A program made the position numbers and the translations under genes. The notes under the pieces were generated by a model, which was not told the DNA's origin, searched no databases, and saw only the letters and a program-made list of their open reading frames with translations. From Eledone cirrhosa (taxonomy: Eukaryota), in the NCBI GenBank assembly GCA_964016885.1, contig OZ024760.1:5456001-5520000 (forward strand): 64,000 nucleotides of DNA. The letters are read 5' to 3'. How positions within the stretch are numbered: position 1 is the first letter of the stretch; every line of letters begins with the position of its first letter. This document shows positions 62,301-64,000 of the stretch, one piece after another.

Positions 62301-63657
62301 AAACCTATCAAAGTTATGTCTTTCATTAGAAATATGGTAACAAATAGTTTAAAGTGTTTATTATAATTTATCTAAACACTTTCCATCATAATTCTATAAG
62401 AACATTTGTTGAGTTCCAAATGACAGATAAATAACGAGAAGGTTCATTATAGTAATACTTAATAAATTCCTTCAAATTCTTGATTGTTTTTCCTAATTAA
62501 TGCGGCAATGAATATGTTAAAATAGCAAGGTTAGATTTTAAAGTGGATTTGGTGATAATTTTTAGCAGGTCAAGTAACTTCTATAGAGGTTCATTCATGG
62601 AATCCACTTTCAGGCTGTAAAAAATACAAAACAACTAGTGTGTGCGTATGCAATGTGTGTGTGTATATATGCAATGTGTGCGTGTATATATGGAATGTGG
62701 GCATGCATATGTCATCATCATCATTGTTTAATGTCTATTTTCCATGCTAGCATGGGTTGTATAAATTATAAATATATGTATATTATATATATATATATGA
62801 GATACATATATACACTCACACATTTTATATATATATATCAATTATCATCATCGTTTATATATATATATATATATACATATATAAAGTGTGTATATATATG
62901 TATGTGTATAAATGAGGCAGCTACTATCCATCATATAAAGTGTGGAGGATGTGAAAGGTCAGAGGAATGACACATGTGGCCAGTTTAAGATAAAGTAACC
63001 TTTTTACAAGTCAGCTCTACTTTCTAGTTTAACATCATTCACCCAGTTCCTCTATGATTAACTAGAAATGTTGTTTAGTAACTCTCTCGCTCCCTCTCTC
63101 TCTCTCATTGCCATATACTGCTTTCTTAACTCAGTTAGCCACACTAGCATACACACACAGACATACTAACTTAGATCCTCAGACACTCAAGGTCATACTT
63201 AGCTTTACTAACTTAGACACACACACACACATAAGGTCCTATTTTTGCCATCTTAGCTTAGTCAGACACACCCATAAAGTCTTGCTCTACTTTCTTAACT
63301 TGATTAGTCACACAAGGTCTTAGTTAGCTTTACTAACTTAGACACACACACATGGTCTTACTTTACCATCTTAGCTTGGTTAGACACACACACACAAGGT
63401 CTTATCCTGTTTTCTTAGCTTGGTTAGACATACATGATCTTATTGTTTTCTCATCTTAGTCACATACAAGGTCTTATCCTTTTTCATTAGCTTAAATATC
63501 CAAACAAAGTATTTGTGTTTTTTCAACATAAACACCCTCCACACACACTCACACAAGGTCTTTTTCTGTTATCTCAACATATAGACACACATGGACTTAC
63601 TCTGTTTTCGTAACAAAACAATATTTCTTAGTTTCATCACCTCGAATAATTAAATTT

Positions 63658-63882
63658 GTAAGAATTATTGCTATATTTGAGCCTTGATCCAAACTACAAG
63701 AATTACTGTCATATTTGAGCCTTGATTCAATCCACAAGAATTACTGCCATATTTGAGCCTTGATTCTAATTACAAAAATTACTGCCATATTTGAGTCTTG
63801 ATTCAAACTACAAAAATTACTGCCTTATTTAAACCTTGATCTATTCCACAAGAATTACTGCAATATTTGAACCTTGATCCAT
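63658..63882. repeat. ~39-bp diverged tandem repeat, ~6 copies
   Basis: aagaattactgccatatttgagccttgattcaaactac. Confidence 0.88.
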
Positions 63883-64000
63883 TAGCTTACAGTCTTTGTT
63901 TATTATAACACTGCTATAATTTCCTGGTTATAATTCCTTAAGAAGATTTCAATTTCCAGGATTAAGCTTATCACTCTCTATTCTTTAATCCTGTCAACAT

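Overview
AT-rich, very repeat-dense eukaryotic DNA with no recognisable host protein-coding exon. The repeat repertoire (tRNA-derived SINEs, RTE/CR1/R4/CRE LINE remnants, dense (TA)n/(CA)n/(CT)n/(CAC)n tracts) suggests an intron or intergenic region of a coleoid cephalopod such as Octopus; this is an inference. The long ORFs in the track are translations of microsatellites or tandem arrays. The genuine protein homologies are decayed transposon fragments: RTE, CR1, R4/Dong and CRE non-LTR elements and a Helitron PIF1 helicase. Highlights: (1) a near-canonical minimal type I hammerhead ribozyme at 23655-23725 (- strand); (2) about ten (TA)n-associated foldback elements from several unrelated families, many folded about hammerhead stem II so that they keep only the GAAA-stem III-NUH half; (3) tandem arrays that grew inside a piggyBac-type MITE, a LINE coding segment and SINEs; (4) MITE insertions whose empty sites are preserved in neighbouring tandem copies. 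Coordinates were read by eye and may be off by a few bases.
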